From Dendrobates tinctorius (Eukaryota), in the NCBI RefSeq assembly GCF_039654945.1, contig NW_027361709.1, forward strand, positions 6,696,001-6,760,000: a DNA stretch of 64,000 nt. Direction: 5' to 3'. The position numbers and the translations under genes were made by a program. Below, piece after piece: positions 14,097-28,100 of the stretch. The stretch's first letter is position 1. Every line of letters begins with the position of its first letter. The notes under the pieces are model-generated. The model did not search any database. It was not told the DNA's origin and saw nothing but the letters and a program-made list of their open reading frames with translations.

Positions 14097-17000
14097 TATG
14101 TACGAGAATATAACTGCTATAATACTGCCCCCTATATACAAGAATATACAGTAACTACTATAATACTGCCCCCTATATACAAGAATATACAGTAACTCAT
14201 ATAATACTGCCCCCTATGTAAAAGAATATAACTACTATAATACTGCTCCTATGTACAAGAATATCACTACTATAATACTGCTCCTATGTACAAGAATATA
14301 ACTCCTATAATACTGACCCTATGTACAAGAATATAACTACTACAATACTGCTCCTATGTACAAGAATATAACTATTATAATACTGCCCCCTATGTACAAG
14401 AATATAACTCCTATAATACTGCCCCCTATGTACAAGAATATAACTCCTATAATACTGCCCCCTATGTACAAGAATATAACTCCTATAATACTGCCCCCTA
14501 TGTACAAGAATATAACTCCTATAATACTGCCCCTATGTACAAGAATATAATTACTATAATACTGCCCCTATGTACAAGAATATAACTCCTATAATACTGC
14601 CCCTATGTACAAGAATATAACTCCTATAATACTGCCCCCTATGTACAAGAATATAACTCCTATAACACTGCCCCCTATGTACAAGAATATAACTACTATA
14701 ATACTGCCCCTATGTACAAGAATATAATTACTATAATACTGCCCCTATGTACAAGAATATAATTACTATAATACTGCCCCTATGTACAAGAATATAACTA
14801 CTATAATACTGCCCCAATGTACAAGAATATAATTACTATAATACTGCTCCTATGTACAAGAATATAACTACAATACTGCCCCCTATGTACAAGAATATAA
14901 CTCCTATAATACTGCCCCTATGTACAAGAATATAACTCCTATAATACTGCCCCCTATGTACAAGAATATAACTCCTATAATACTGCCCCTATGTACAATA
15001 TAACTCCTATAATACTGCCCCCTATGTACAAGAATATAACTCCTATAATACTGCCCCCTATGTAGAATATAATTACTATAATACTGCCCCTATGTACAAG
15101 AATATAACTACTATAATACTGCCCCCTATGTACAAGAATATAATTACTATAATACTGCCCCTATGTACAAGAATATAACTACTATAATACTGCCCCTATG
15201 TACAAGAATATAACTATTATAATACTGCCCCTATGTACAAGAATATAACTACTATAATACTGCTCCTATGTACAAGAATATAACTATTATAATACTGCCC
15301 CTATGTACAAGAATATAACTACTATAATACTGCTCCTATGTACAAGAATATAACTACTATAATACTGCCCCCTATGTACAAGAATATAACTACTATAATA
15401 CTGCCCCTATGTACAAGAATATAACTACTATAATACTGCCTCCTATGTACAAGAATATAACTACTATAATACTGCCCCTGTGTACAAGAATATAACTACT
15501 ATAATACTGCCCCTCTATATACAGGAATATAACTACTATAATACTCCCCCTATGTACAAGAATATAACTACTATAATACTGCCCCTATGTACAAGAATAT
15601 AACTACTATAATACTGCCCCTATGTACAAGAATATAACTACTATAATACTGCCCCTTATGTATAAGAATATAACTACTATAATACTGCCCCTTATGTATA
15701 AAAATATAACTACTATAATACTGCCCCCTATGTACAAGAATATAACTACTATAATACTGCCTCCTATGTGCTAGAATATAATTACTATAATACTGCCCCC
15801 TATGTACAAGAATATAATTACTATAATACTGCCCCTATGTACAAGAATATAACTACTATAATACTGCTCCTATGTGCTAGAATATAACTACTATAATACT
15901 GCTCCTATGTACAAGAATATAACTACTATAATACTGCCCCTATGTACAAGAATATAACTATTATAATACTGCCCCTATGTACAAGAATATAACTATTATA
16001 ATACTGCCCCTTATGTATAAGAATACGTAGTATAACAGTATTATATAGTATAACACTAGCAGGTGGAGTATTGGGCGCAGCGTTTCATGGCGTATAATGA
16101 TTGGCGCAGGACCTGGATCATATAAATAGATTTTTATTTTCAATAATTTAATCAGAGGAACAGACATTATGAACGGAGGAAACACTGAGATAAAGTGGAA
16201 CGTGCAAATCAATAACGTGTGATGGTTCTGATGACGACTTCTGCTCTGTAAGCGGTGACGTGCGATCCTCTCACGCGTTTCAGGCGGCACAAAGTGACAA
16301 AGACATAAACCTGTAATTTCTAGAATAGACGTGAATCATTTCCGATCACATTTCTTCATGTGCAGAAGCAGCGAGGATGAAAGATATAAGGCCGGGTTCA
16401 CACTTCGCTTCTGCTCCATTCGCATCCGGAGCTGCCTTTAAAATATCTACTAGAGTAGTTTTTAGCAGCCGAGCTCCAAATCCCCTGCATATACTAATCA
16501 CTGCTGCAGTGCACAAACAGTGGGGCAGCGCTATGCACACTAGTGGCCATGAGTGGTACTGCAGGCTCGCTCCCATGAAAGTGTTATAGGAGTAACCTAC
16601 ACAATGTACAGAGCACTGCACTGTTCTTATTTGACAGGTGATAAAATGGGGTACCAAAAGTCAGACCCCATCAGTAAGATTTTAACGACCTATCCTAATG
16701 ATAGATCATCAATGTAAAAGTCCCAGGGAAACCACTTTAAAATTGTGACTACATGCATTCACCACTAGGGGGAGCTGAAGAGCTCAGTTTACGGTGTTCT
16801 TATTGCGTTCAATGTATACACTGTATGCAGTGTGCTCCAGAGCTCCCCCTACTGGTGACTGCAGGTAGCCAAAATGTTATCATTTAAAGGGGTTGCCCAT
16901 TTGAAAAAAAAATGTCTACAAAGAATGGGAAGAATTAAAATACCTATAACCAGAACGGCTGTTTTTCACTCACCGCATCAGTCCAAAAAAATGCAATAAA

Positions 17001-19154
17001 AATTCCTTTATAGACAAAAGAAAATAACTACAGCCATGGAAGAAAAATAAAAAGTTCTCATGTAGGTCCAGAAGTAGAAAAATAAAAATGAGTTGCAGAC
17101 TACAAAAGCAAAAAAGTGGTGTCAGAACCTTTTACAAAGTTCTGATTATTTTTCTTTTTTCTTTTAATTTAATTAAAAATCTAAAAAAAACAATCCACAA
17201 AAACTTGTTTAGTATCGCCATATTCGCACTGACCCACAGAATCAGGTTTACTTTACAATGAATGCCGTAAAAACTAAACCCTGAAAACAAATGTCGGAAT
17301 TGTATTTTTTTTTACATTTTCAACCCAGTTTAAAAAAAAAAATTTCTTCAAATTTTTCAGTAATTTTATGGTAAAGTACGGTAAATGGTGTCTTTTAAAA
17401 TTACAATTTGACCTAGATAAAAAAAAATCCTTGTACAGCTATGTCGACAAATAATAGTGTTTTAGGAGAGAGAATAACAATTTGCAAAAAACAAAAATTT
17501 TATTCACTTACCTGCAGTCACCACTAGATGGAGCTCAAGATCAATGCATAGAAAGTTACACATTAAACTCAATCATGAAACTGTCTGCAGTGCGCTCCCC
17601 CTAGTGGTGGCTGAAAGTAGCAAACATTTAATTGATTTATGGTAATTGGCAACCGAAAACTCCTACAACTTTATTTTTACTATGCTGGGGATTTGGAGCT
17701 CTGTATCGGAAAAAAATGAAGCTTCGATCCCTAAAAAGATAATAATCAGCACACACAAACAAAAAATGATCTAACCATAAAAGCTAGACATAATTAACAC
17801 TGATCACAGCAGCTCAAACGATTGTGTCTTTTACTTCTTTGCATTGTATCCAGAGGTGATGATTCCCATGGGGTGTCCGTGCTCGGGATATGTCATTTTC
17901 TCGCCTTCGATCCATTTTAAAGCTACAGATGTCAAAAAATGTACAATAATGAATAAATAGAAAAATATTCAAGAGGGTTCATCTTGTTTCAGCGCTTTTC
18001 CAATAAAGTGGAGCCCCGCTGACTACTGTAACCCCTCATCCACATTCATCATTCATTAATGCAAATACCCTGATTATGTTCAATAAATAAATCTGTTCTT
18101 TGGGTGCAAATGCAAAACAAAAAAAATAAATAAAGTGACCCCCCCCCTCGTCTGATGATAAAGAATTTTTTACGCATGCACTGATGAGATGGTTCATTCC
18201 TCAGTTCATGGGTACAGGAGAAAAGGCTGTCATAATAGACCCGTCATATATTTTATATATCTTTGTACCATGTATTTGATACATAGAACCAAATCCCCTG
18301 CATAGACAGTTAAACTATAGCATTCTGTTTCCCTGCAGTCACCAGTAGAGGGAGCTCCCTTGCTTCCAGTAATAAAACAGTGAGCTCCCTCTAGTGGTGA
18401 CTGCAGGTAGGCAGAATTACATCATGTCACTCTATGTGGGGGATTTGGAGTTTCCTATCCTGCTAGAATGATGCGTCTAAAATGACGAGATGCCAAAGAG
18501 GACACAAGGCCCATTAACGTGTTCTATGAAGGTATTTTATAGCTTCATATTAATTACTGACGATCCACGGCGTCTTGACCGTTGTGTTGGGCTATAGGAA
18601 ACTGTGTGGATGTAGATCACCATTAACACCAATGTCTGCACCCTACTGATGCGGACATGGGTGTGAATCCAGATCTGCAAAAAGTCCCCATTAAAGAGAG
18701 CAGAACTGGAAGTGTTGTCATAGGGATTAGCCGGACACATGCTTGTAAAAGCCATCTATTTTTTTTTTAACCCGTGGTTGACCAGATATGATGCAGTCAT
18801 CGCGGGTGATATGAGTGGTAATGTGTCTGGTGGGGTTAGACATACGAAATTGGAAATTTTACAAAAAAAAAAAAAAAAAAGTAACCTGGCCGCGTATAAC
18901 GAGAAGTCAAAGACTCCAGCTCGGCGCAACATATCCGTCTGCCCTGTATGACGAGCCAGTCTGTGCCAACCTCCCTGTATACCCGCCATGCAGACTCTCC
19001 TCATTGCCTCCATACTTGGGCCCAGATGGCAGCTCCCCCAGACTGAAAGCCCCCAGCTCTAAAAGCAGGCAGTGGAGCAAGATGGACGGGGCGTGTAGAG
19101 TACGGATGGCAGCGCTCCGTCCCCACGTAGGCTACCAGTGATGCTCTTCTCCTC

Positions 19155-22100
19155 CTATAAGTCCACATGGATGTCCTTGTACGACTTGTCCACCGTCCAC
19201 TCCTTCTGGCTTTCATGCTCGTCCTTGGCGTATCGGTCCATCTCCTGCTGGAACCACAGCTGTCGCGCCTTGTTGGGATCCACGTTGATCCAGTTGTTAG
19301 CAATCCATTTTGTTCCCTCTGTCACAAGGCAGCCGCCATGGAGAGCAAATTCATCCACATCCCCGACCCAGCCTAATAGTGGAAAAAAAACCCACAAAAC
19401 TTAAAGGGGTTATCCAAGACTAAGATGCTGATGAGCTTATCGATATCAGATCGCTGGGGGTCCGGCACCCGGTAACCCCACCGATCAGCCGATATCTGGT
19501 GCTGGAGCTCCATACACTGTGTAGTGACCGTTCTCAGGTACCGCAGCCCGTATGGGATATCCCAGCTCCTTACACTGTGAACTTCCATCAACCAAGGCTC
19601 CGAATCTGAGCTGAGCAGTGCAGGTGTCGGGTAGGGATAAGTCACCAATAACTTAGTCCTGGACATCCCCTTTAAGACTAAAGACAGACTTTTATCATCA
19701 TGTCTTCTACACAATCACAGAGCTCCAAATCTCATACATAAGTCTTAGAGGTTAATGATAAATTCTATCTGCCTACAGCCACCACTAGGCGGAGCCTTAG
19801 AGCTGACTGTATACAGGGAATTGACTTACCCCCTCTAGTGGTCACTGAAGGCAAACACAATTGTAAAATGCAAATCTATGACTATACAAGGTATTTATAG
19901 CTCTGTATTAGAAAAAAAAAAAAAAAAAAAGGAGTGTTCTGACAGCACTAAAGATACAATAAAAAGTGAAGTTCAGGAAAAAATTTATAAAAACGTTTTT
20001 ATAATTGATGTTTTTTTTGGAAAATCTCAGAAAAACTGTTGTATGAACCCAACTGACCGGTATGGACACAAATCATGACCCGAGGATGGATCTTGCTGTA
20101 TGCAGTCAGCTCCCAGGCTCCCTCTAGTGGTGGCTGCTAGCAAACTCTTACTACTACACTATAGGGGGGGATATATGAAGGGTCCGGCACCGCGGCTGCA
20201 GCATCGAAAGGTTGATCGTTTGTGCATAAGTCTTAACTGTGCTACAAAATTGAAACTTTAGCGGCCTAGTCTTTTTTTTTTTTTTTTTAAAAGGTGCTGT
20301 AAAGAGATGGATTTCGACAAGACGTGAAGTAACCAGTCCCCCGATCCCGGGCTTCAGTCCGGCTGGTAACATAACCTGCGTACCTTTGCCGTTGGACAAG
20401 TAATTGTACCAGAAGACAGCTGTTCCTTGCCGCGGCTTTATTCTCAGGTTCCCCTTGTCGCAATGTTTCCGCGTGTCTCTCAGATCGATGTCGTTCTGGA
20501 TCAAAGACTAAGAAAAGCGAGAAAAAAAAGACAATAAATGGAAACGGTATGACCCCCTATATGACTGGTGCATGTAATCGGAGAATTAAAAGCCATTTCC
20601 CAAAATCGAAAGCTATCCCCTATCCTTGGGACCCCCAGCTCTCCAGAGATTGTGTAGAGCCTCGTCCTGTGTGGGTCAGGGGGGCACAAGCACGGCCTCA
20701 GCTCCGATCATTGTCTATGGGGGGAGGCTGAGCATGTGCCCCCCATGCTCTATTCAGGACCCCGATATCAGGGTTACAAAGTGATGGCGCACACAGCTAG
20801 GACACGCCACCGCTTTGGTGGGGATCTGACCGCTGAGAATGACGGGAGTCCAGTGCTGGTGGAGGACATTATTACTTATTTTGCCTGTAGAGAATTTTGC
20901 GAACCCTCACCAGCTCCTCGTAGGTCCTGTTATCTGCAATCGGGAACGTGGTCTCTCCACCGCCGGTGACGTTGTTTAGGTAGAAGAGAACGGTGACGTA
21001 CCTGGGAAGAAAGCACGGAGCGTGAGTCCGGACGTGAACACGTCATTTGTCTATATATCCACTAGGTGGCAGCATTTCTATATCAGTAACATGGAGAGCT
21101 GAGGCCATGTCCGGCAGGGGCGGGAGAGGACAGGGTGGCTGTCAGGGGTCGTGATTGGGGGGGTTCAGGGGGATCTTACCGACAGGAGGTTTCAAAAGGC
21201 GAACTTTCATTTGTCGTCAGCTTGGTGTGAGCACATGCCGTCTCCGGAAACACCGGCCCGCTGTCCATGTGGGCATGATAATGGCCGCCGGTGTTGTATC
21301 TCACTACCTGCAGGGGCTCGCTGTTCTCCACCACGTCAGGGGGCAGATGGGTTAATTTGATGACTCTAAAAAAGGGAACAAAAAGGTCACTTGCGTGAGG
21401 CCATAATATTGTTCCCAGAAATAGCGCCACTATTGTAGTTAGGTTGTGTCTAGTATTGCAGCTCATCACAATTCAACTGAATGTTTGCAGCACTTATCTG
21501 TGGTGTTCCCAGCGTTTAATGGGCAGGTGTTCGCTATAGCAAGTGAAGAAATATCTACATTGCACAGCGTTTTGCTTTGTGGCGTCTTTTGGTTGCAGAT
21601 AATTTGCGCTTTTAACGTTTTTATCCAAAGTCATTTCAATGTGGAGTGTGAACCCGGCCCTAATAAATCCAACTAGCCGACGCATCGTATTAATTAGGAC
21701 AAAGTGGATGACCGTAATCAGGGGGGGCAGTGTTTGCGGATGCCTGGGCTGTTTGCTGATCATTACAGGTAAGGCCGGATTCTCATTTCCTCCGCCGTCC
21801 CCCAATTAACACCACATTAGGCTCAGTAAACAGACGCCTGAGCGGATTATGCTGGGAGCAGAGTTCACAGCTCCGCAATCCCCTTTCTGGCCGCACACTG
21901 CGGGACGGGCCCCGATTAATTACCGTAGGACGGAGTCACAGAATGGAGGCGATCAGCAGCGGAGCGGTACACCCTTCATGGACAACCATTAATTGCTACC
22001 AACTGCAGAAATGTAAAGCAAAAAGTGACGCTTCATTGTTACTGCAGCCGGATAATCTTCCCACAGTCTGGACCAGAATTTTTTTTTTTTGCCATTTACT

Positions 22101-25100
22101 GAATTTTTTTTTTAAGTTTTCTTTTTTTTTTTTTTTGGAGCAAATCTGCACCAAAATCCTCTTCAAAAACTCCCGGAAAACCTTTCCTATTCATTTCTAT
22201 GGAAAATCCACTTTGCTGTGCATATGAGGAGTTTTTGACAGTTTTAATTTTTCCCATAGAGGTTTTGAAAAAGTCACTTTTGATTGAAATCTGTCCAAAC
22301 GGGGCGGTGTCCAACCAAAAGGCTGTAAAAAGAAAAAACGAAAAAAAATTTTCAAAACTGCTTCATGAAAAGGAAATACTCTTCAAAGAGCGAGCGATTT
22401 CTGCTTGAAAAACTGTGTGAGCTAAACCTTACGACTCGCCTAAGACGAGCTTTTAGGACATGATCACATTTGATATCGAAATTCAACATGTATTTCTGCA
22501 GCGGAAAATCAAAAATGATCCTCGGGCTTCTGCCATGGATCGTGGTGTAGCTTCGATGTCGTCCAGTCAGCAATCCCTCGGATTTCCACTCTGCATGTGA
22601 ACGAGGCGGGAGAACTGATTCATGTGCAGGATGCGGATTATCATGTACAGGGAGAGAGGAGGATGGGGGTGACGGTCTCCAGTCCTGCCCTATATACCTA
22701 CCGCTGGCGTATGGACCTCAGCACCTGGTGGGCTCCTTCTCCCTGGTACAGCCAGGTGTGCTGACTGTTCCTCACCAGGTCGTTCATGGTGATCTCTCGA
22801 TTGCCCAGGTATTTGTGGAAGTCCCTGAGGTTCAGCTTCTTGAATTCCTCCAGACTGAGGACCCCTATAAAGACAAGGAGTCCTGTGTAACGTCCGCGGC
22901 CGGCAGTCCTATGCATTCCTACATTAGTGTCAGTACCACCATTACTGATGTCTGGAGCTGCTCCGTTTTGTTTTTTTTTTTGGGGGGGGCGCTTCTCATT
23001 CTTCCAGAGCTGGAAATTATCTCCCATGTCTGAAGCCTTGTGGTCTTGAGGGATGATCTGCAGACAGCGCTCCCTTCCTATAGTGCAATGCTCTGCAGAC
23101 ATAGTGGGGCGGCACAGACAGCGCCCTACAGCCAGGTCACCCCTCTGACCACCTATCTAATCCTGTCAGCACCGAGGGGTCCTCAAGCTGACGATCAAGT
23201 AGAAGCCTGGTCTAGGGTCCGAATTCATTGTAAGGGTCTGGGATTGAATTGATTTTTGGGGTCTGATACATTTTTCGATGTCTGGTCTGTGGCCTAAAAT
23301 ATTTTAGGGGTGTTTTCTGGGGTCTGGTCTTGTATAGGTGTGTTCCAGCCTCTGATAAAATTTTAATGGTTTAATCTAGCGTAGGACTAGATTTTAGGGG
23401 TCCGATTTGGGGTCCAAAACAACTTTCCAGTGGGTCTGAAATTACTTTCGGGGTCTGGTCAGGATTCTGAATGAAATTAGTGGTGTGGTCTAAGGTTTTA
23501 TTAATTTTAGGGGTCTTGTCTAGGGGTGCTGATGAGTTTACAGGCTTGTCCTGGGGTCCGTAGGGATATTATTACGTTTATGGAGCCTGGTCTGGTTTTC
23601 CACTCTCACAATTAATAAATGTAGATGTCAAAAGTTCTAGAAAGTTTGCAAAATATTAAATCAGACGACATCTTTACTTCTGGTGACCGCACATCCTGGT
23701 TTGTAGAGTATTCGGGAGGGGGGGGGTTGACCTATATGACCACATATAACAGAAAATTTTAGGCTTTATTATTTTAATAGCCATTCCCCTATTTAAAGGG
23801 AAAGTGTCACCAGAAAATGACTGATTGCTGATAAACGTACTTTTTTTTATTGTGTTTGGTAATAATTTTTTTCAATATAACTTGCAATTTATATTGAAAA
23901 CAATATATTAAATAAACAACAAAAAACAAACAAGTAACACAAAACCCGATTTATATTAAACAGCAGCTCACTTTTTGATGACACATTCCCTTTAAGCTGT
24001 TGAGAATAGCAGTGAAACAAATGGTTAACCCAGAGCTAGAGACGCATTATTAGGTAAGTGAACCAGTATGTTACAGTTTAGTAGCCACTACATGGCAGAA
24101 ATTCTATCCTAATCCTATTCCAAGCACTCGAGAGACCACGTCCATTAAGACGAAGCCGGGATGGTGCGGTGATATAAACACAGCGAGCCGTGCGCGCAGC
24201 AGACTGACACGGAGCGGCGTGTTTGTAACATGTCGTGCCGGCTCACCGTTTCCATCAGGGTCGGCTTTAACAGCTGTGTACATTTCCCGGATATTCTCAG
24301 GCGTCATCCATCTGCCGTTACCCAGCCGGGAATGGGTTAATACCTGCAGAAGAGATTAATATAATATTAATGCTAAAACGCACAGGTCTAATTACTGCAG
24401 CACGGAGAGAGGAAGTGCTCCACCCACATCTAGAACTCCCCTGTATCCCCGATGTGGGGGGCGCGGAGCCCGATGCTTCCCAGGGTGAACAACGTGACCC
24501 CGGGGTCTAATGAGTGGTGGAGACACAAGAGTCAGCGGGTTATTATAATTGGCCGATTGTACTGATGAGACGCAGGAATTAACCCATGTCTGACCGCCCA
24601 TATATGTCGTATCTATCAGAGTCCAAAGTGGAGACCCCATAACGCTGCAGAGAGGGGTCACCGAGTACTGAGGAGCAGAGGGCAGAAAAGCAGAAAAGTC
24701 ACTACTGACTCCATAGCTGCAGTGTCCAGACCTCCTCTGGTATCAGCACAAACACTGCTCCCCCGCCAGGAGCATTATGGCAGAGCAGCTGGATTCAGCC
24801 GTAGATCACCAAGCACAATGCTTAGCGTCGGATGGAGTGGTTTAAAGCTGCCACCACTGGACTCTGGAGGAGACGTGTTCTGCACACTGACAGACCACAC
24901 TTCTCTATCTGCGTCTGATGGAGAAGTCTGAGTACTCCAGGAGAATGTTACCCCCTGACTGCATTGTACAGACGGTGGAGGATAATGCTATGGGCTTGTT
25001 ATCAGGGTCGGCCTTGGGCCCTTCATTCCAGTGAAGAGAAATCTTAATGCTTCAGCACAAGACATTGTGGACAATTGTAGCTTTCAGCTTTGTGGGAACA

Positions 25101-28100
25101 GTTTGGGTAAAGACCCTTATCTGCCCCCCATGACTGTACCCAGTGCACAAGCTCCATACAGACATGGAGAGGAGAACATGAGAGCCCGGACCTCAGCCCC
25201 GTCTGATAATGGAGATTATGAGCCCGGCCTCCCCCCCAAAATCAGAGTCTGACCCCTACAAATGATCTTCTGGATGAAGGGGCAAAAATTCCCACAGATG
25301 CCTCCAAATCTGGTAGAAATCCTTCCCAGAAGAGCGGGAGCCATTATACCTCTGCCTCCGGGGTGGATACATCGCTGGATCCGGGCATTCTCTATACATT
25401 TACTTGCTTTATATGGGTCGGATCCAAACACCCGTTCCCCTAGCAATAAAAATGAAATGTTGGCGAGGCGGGCATGTTTATGTGGCGCTTGCCACAGATA
25501 ATGGAGGGTCTGTTCTTTCACAATGGGGTAAGGGAAGAGCAGAATATAAACATGGCCGTACATAATGGTTTTTATGAGCGTTCGAGTGTCTTCCTAAGAA
25601 TAATAAGTATAACTTCTGTACTGTACGAGGTCTCCCAAGACCCCCGAGGCCAGCGCATAGTAGCCCCCTTCACATTAACCCCTTTACAACCCAGGAAGGT
25701 CCCTATATCCCTATGGGACGACATCCACAGACAATAGCGAAAGTCACCAACCCTTTTATCTGGGTTGTAATTATGGCCACACAGAGGACCCCTTTAAGGA
25801 GAGGAGGTCAATAAATCAGCTTTTTCCTTGCATAATCAGAAACATTGTTACTTTTTACTATACTAACTTATCATGATCTTACAGATCTTAATGTTTGGGG
25901 TTAAAAAAAAAAAAAAAACACAAGAAAACCTTATACTTCTCACAGCTGAGGGTTTGTTACAACTGCACTCAGTCTAGGTGATCTATTTTGTCCTGGTAGC
26001 TTGTTACAACGTATCAGTCTGAAGTTTGGGCTGTTTGGCACAATTCTACCATTCACTGACAGCAAGCAGAGGGTTTCCCAAACATGAAAATTGAGTTAAC
26101 TTAGAATTCATCAGTGAGCTCGTTGTGGTAGGACAGTGTATAACTCTTATCATCCTTCTCAGGTGACCTCAACTTTCAGGTAATAACAAATCAGCCGAGA
26201 GGCGCTCAGAAGAAGTAAAGAGAGAAGGAGCTCACTCACCGATCCTCAGTTAACTCATTCTGCAACCAGCAATAGACAATGCAGCGGGGCGGCTGTAAAA
26301 TGAAAACTGTGCAAAACGCCTAAAGGGATACTACAGAAATCATTTTCATCCAGTACCCAGCTTAAAGGGATTTTCCTTACCTATAGTTAAAGCCTTAAAG
26401 GGATATTCCCTCCTTCATAAATGTATATATTTTCAGCTTGTACTTGTAAATACATCAAATTCCAATTTGATGCTTCTTAAGATTTTCAGCCGTTCTTGAG
26501 ATATTAACACTTTTCTTTTGTGTATAACTCGTTGCCTTGGAGACCGACCACCGCTGTTAAGACTTCAGAACATGCGCAGCGCTTACAAGCTCTTTTCTCC
26601 TGCTGTCCAGGATCGCTGGAGAGCACTGTTAACTCCTAATTCCGGCCAGCTTCAGAGCAGTGCTTACAAGCTCTAGACAGCAGCGGTGGTTGGTCTCCTA
26701 GGCAAAGAGCTATAAAGAAACAGAAAAGTGTGAGGCTGTGTGCACACGCTGCGGATTATGTGCGGATTCATCCGCGCGGATTTTGTAAAATCCGCAGGTG
26801 AAACCGCAGGTCAAAAGACCTGCGGTTTTACCTGCGGATTGCTCTGCGGTTTTTCATCTCCTCAATGGAGGAGATGGCAAACCGCAGGAGAATCCGCAGA
26901 AAGAATTGACATGTCAATTCTTTCTGCGGATTGAAAACCGCAGATAATCCGCGCGGAAAATTCCGCACCGTCTGCACTGCGGTTTTTGATTCCCATAGGG
27001 AATCATGGTACTGTACACCGCAGCAAAAACTGCTGCGGGTCCGCAGCGGCCAAAACCGCTGCGGAACCGCAGCAAAATCCGCAGCGTGTGCACACAGCCT
27101 TAATATCTCAAGAACGGCTGGAAATTTTAACAAGCAGTAGATAAATTTCAAAAAGTGCTTAATCCGACAATATCCATCTATGAGGACGGGAAACAACCCC
27201 TTAAAGGGTTACTCCCAACAGTTAAAGTTATCGCCTAGTTAAAGGGTAGGCGGTAACTTGAGGATCAGTGGGGGTCCGACCACAGACCCTCAATTATCCT
27301 GGGAATAGAACAGAGTCACATAGAGCCCAGACATAACTGCGACACCTGCAGCTCGTTACAATGTATCAGTCCAGATTCCAGAATGTTTAGCGCTGATTTC
27401 TCATTCACTGGCAGCAAGCAGAGATATGAACAACCGAAAACAACGCATATTACAAAATTACCCGGATCGATACCGGAGCCCCCTTTAATCCCTAATGGCT
27501 CTGCAGTTTTAACCCTCTCCTCACCTCTTTTATCTGCAGCTGCCCATCTTGATTGTGATCCAGCAGATTGAAGATGTCGGCTTTGCTTATCTCCAGATTT
27601 TCCATGGCCTCCTTGTAGCCGTCCACGGGGAGGATCTGGCTGGCCTGGAGTCCTTTGAGCTGGGCCAGGTGGATGAGGAGCTTGCACTCCTGTTCTGATA
27701 AAAAGTTGGGAATTTCTGCAGGAACGGGATGGGATGGGGGACATTAATACAAAATTTGGTGATTGTCAAGAAACAGGGGTATGGTGTCCGATTAACAAGA
27801 AACAGAGTTTAAGGGGTTAACATAGAAAATAGGGGATAAGTCTCATCTCTGGGGGTCCCACCAATCATAAGAACAGGGGTACTGTGTCCGCCATTTAAGC
27901 TTAAGTGAAACTAAGTCCACCCTCAGCAATAAGTGCAAAATTTAAAGGAGCTTTCCATTTTCTGAAAACCCGTCCCCCAGCTTGCAGTAGGTTTAAAAAA
28001 AAAAAAAAGGAAACAACTGTGCTTTACTCACCCTCCACGGGTCCAGTGCTGTCTCCACTGCTGCTCCTGGAGTCTGTTACTGTCTGCAGCCAATAAGTGA

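Noticed and set aside
23200-23600. GGGGTCTG-rich degenerate repeat
   Set aside because: It is a decayed low-complexity repeat with no definable unit or function.
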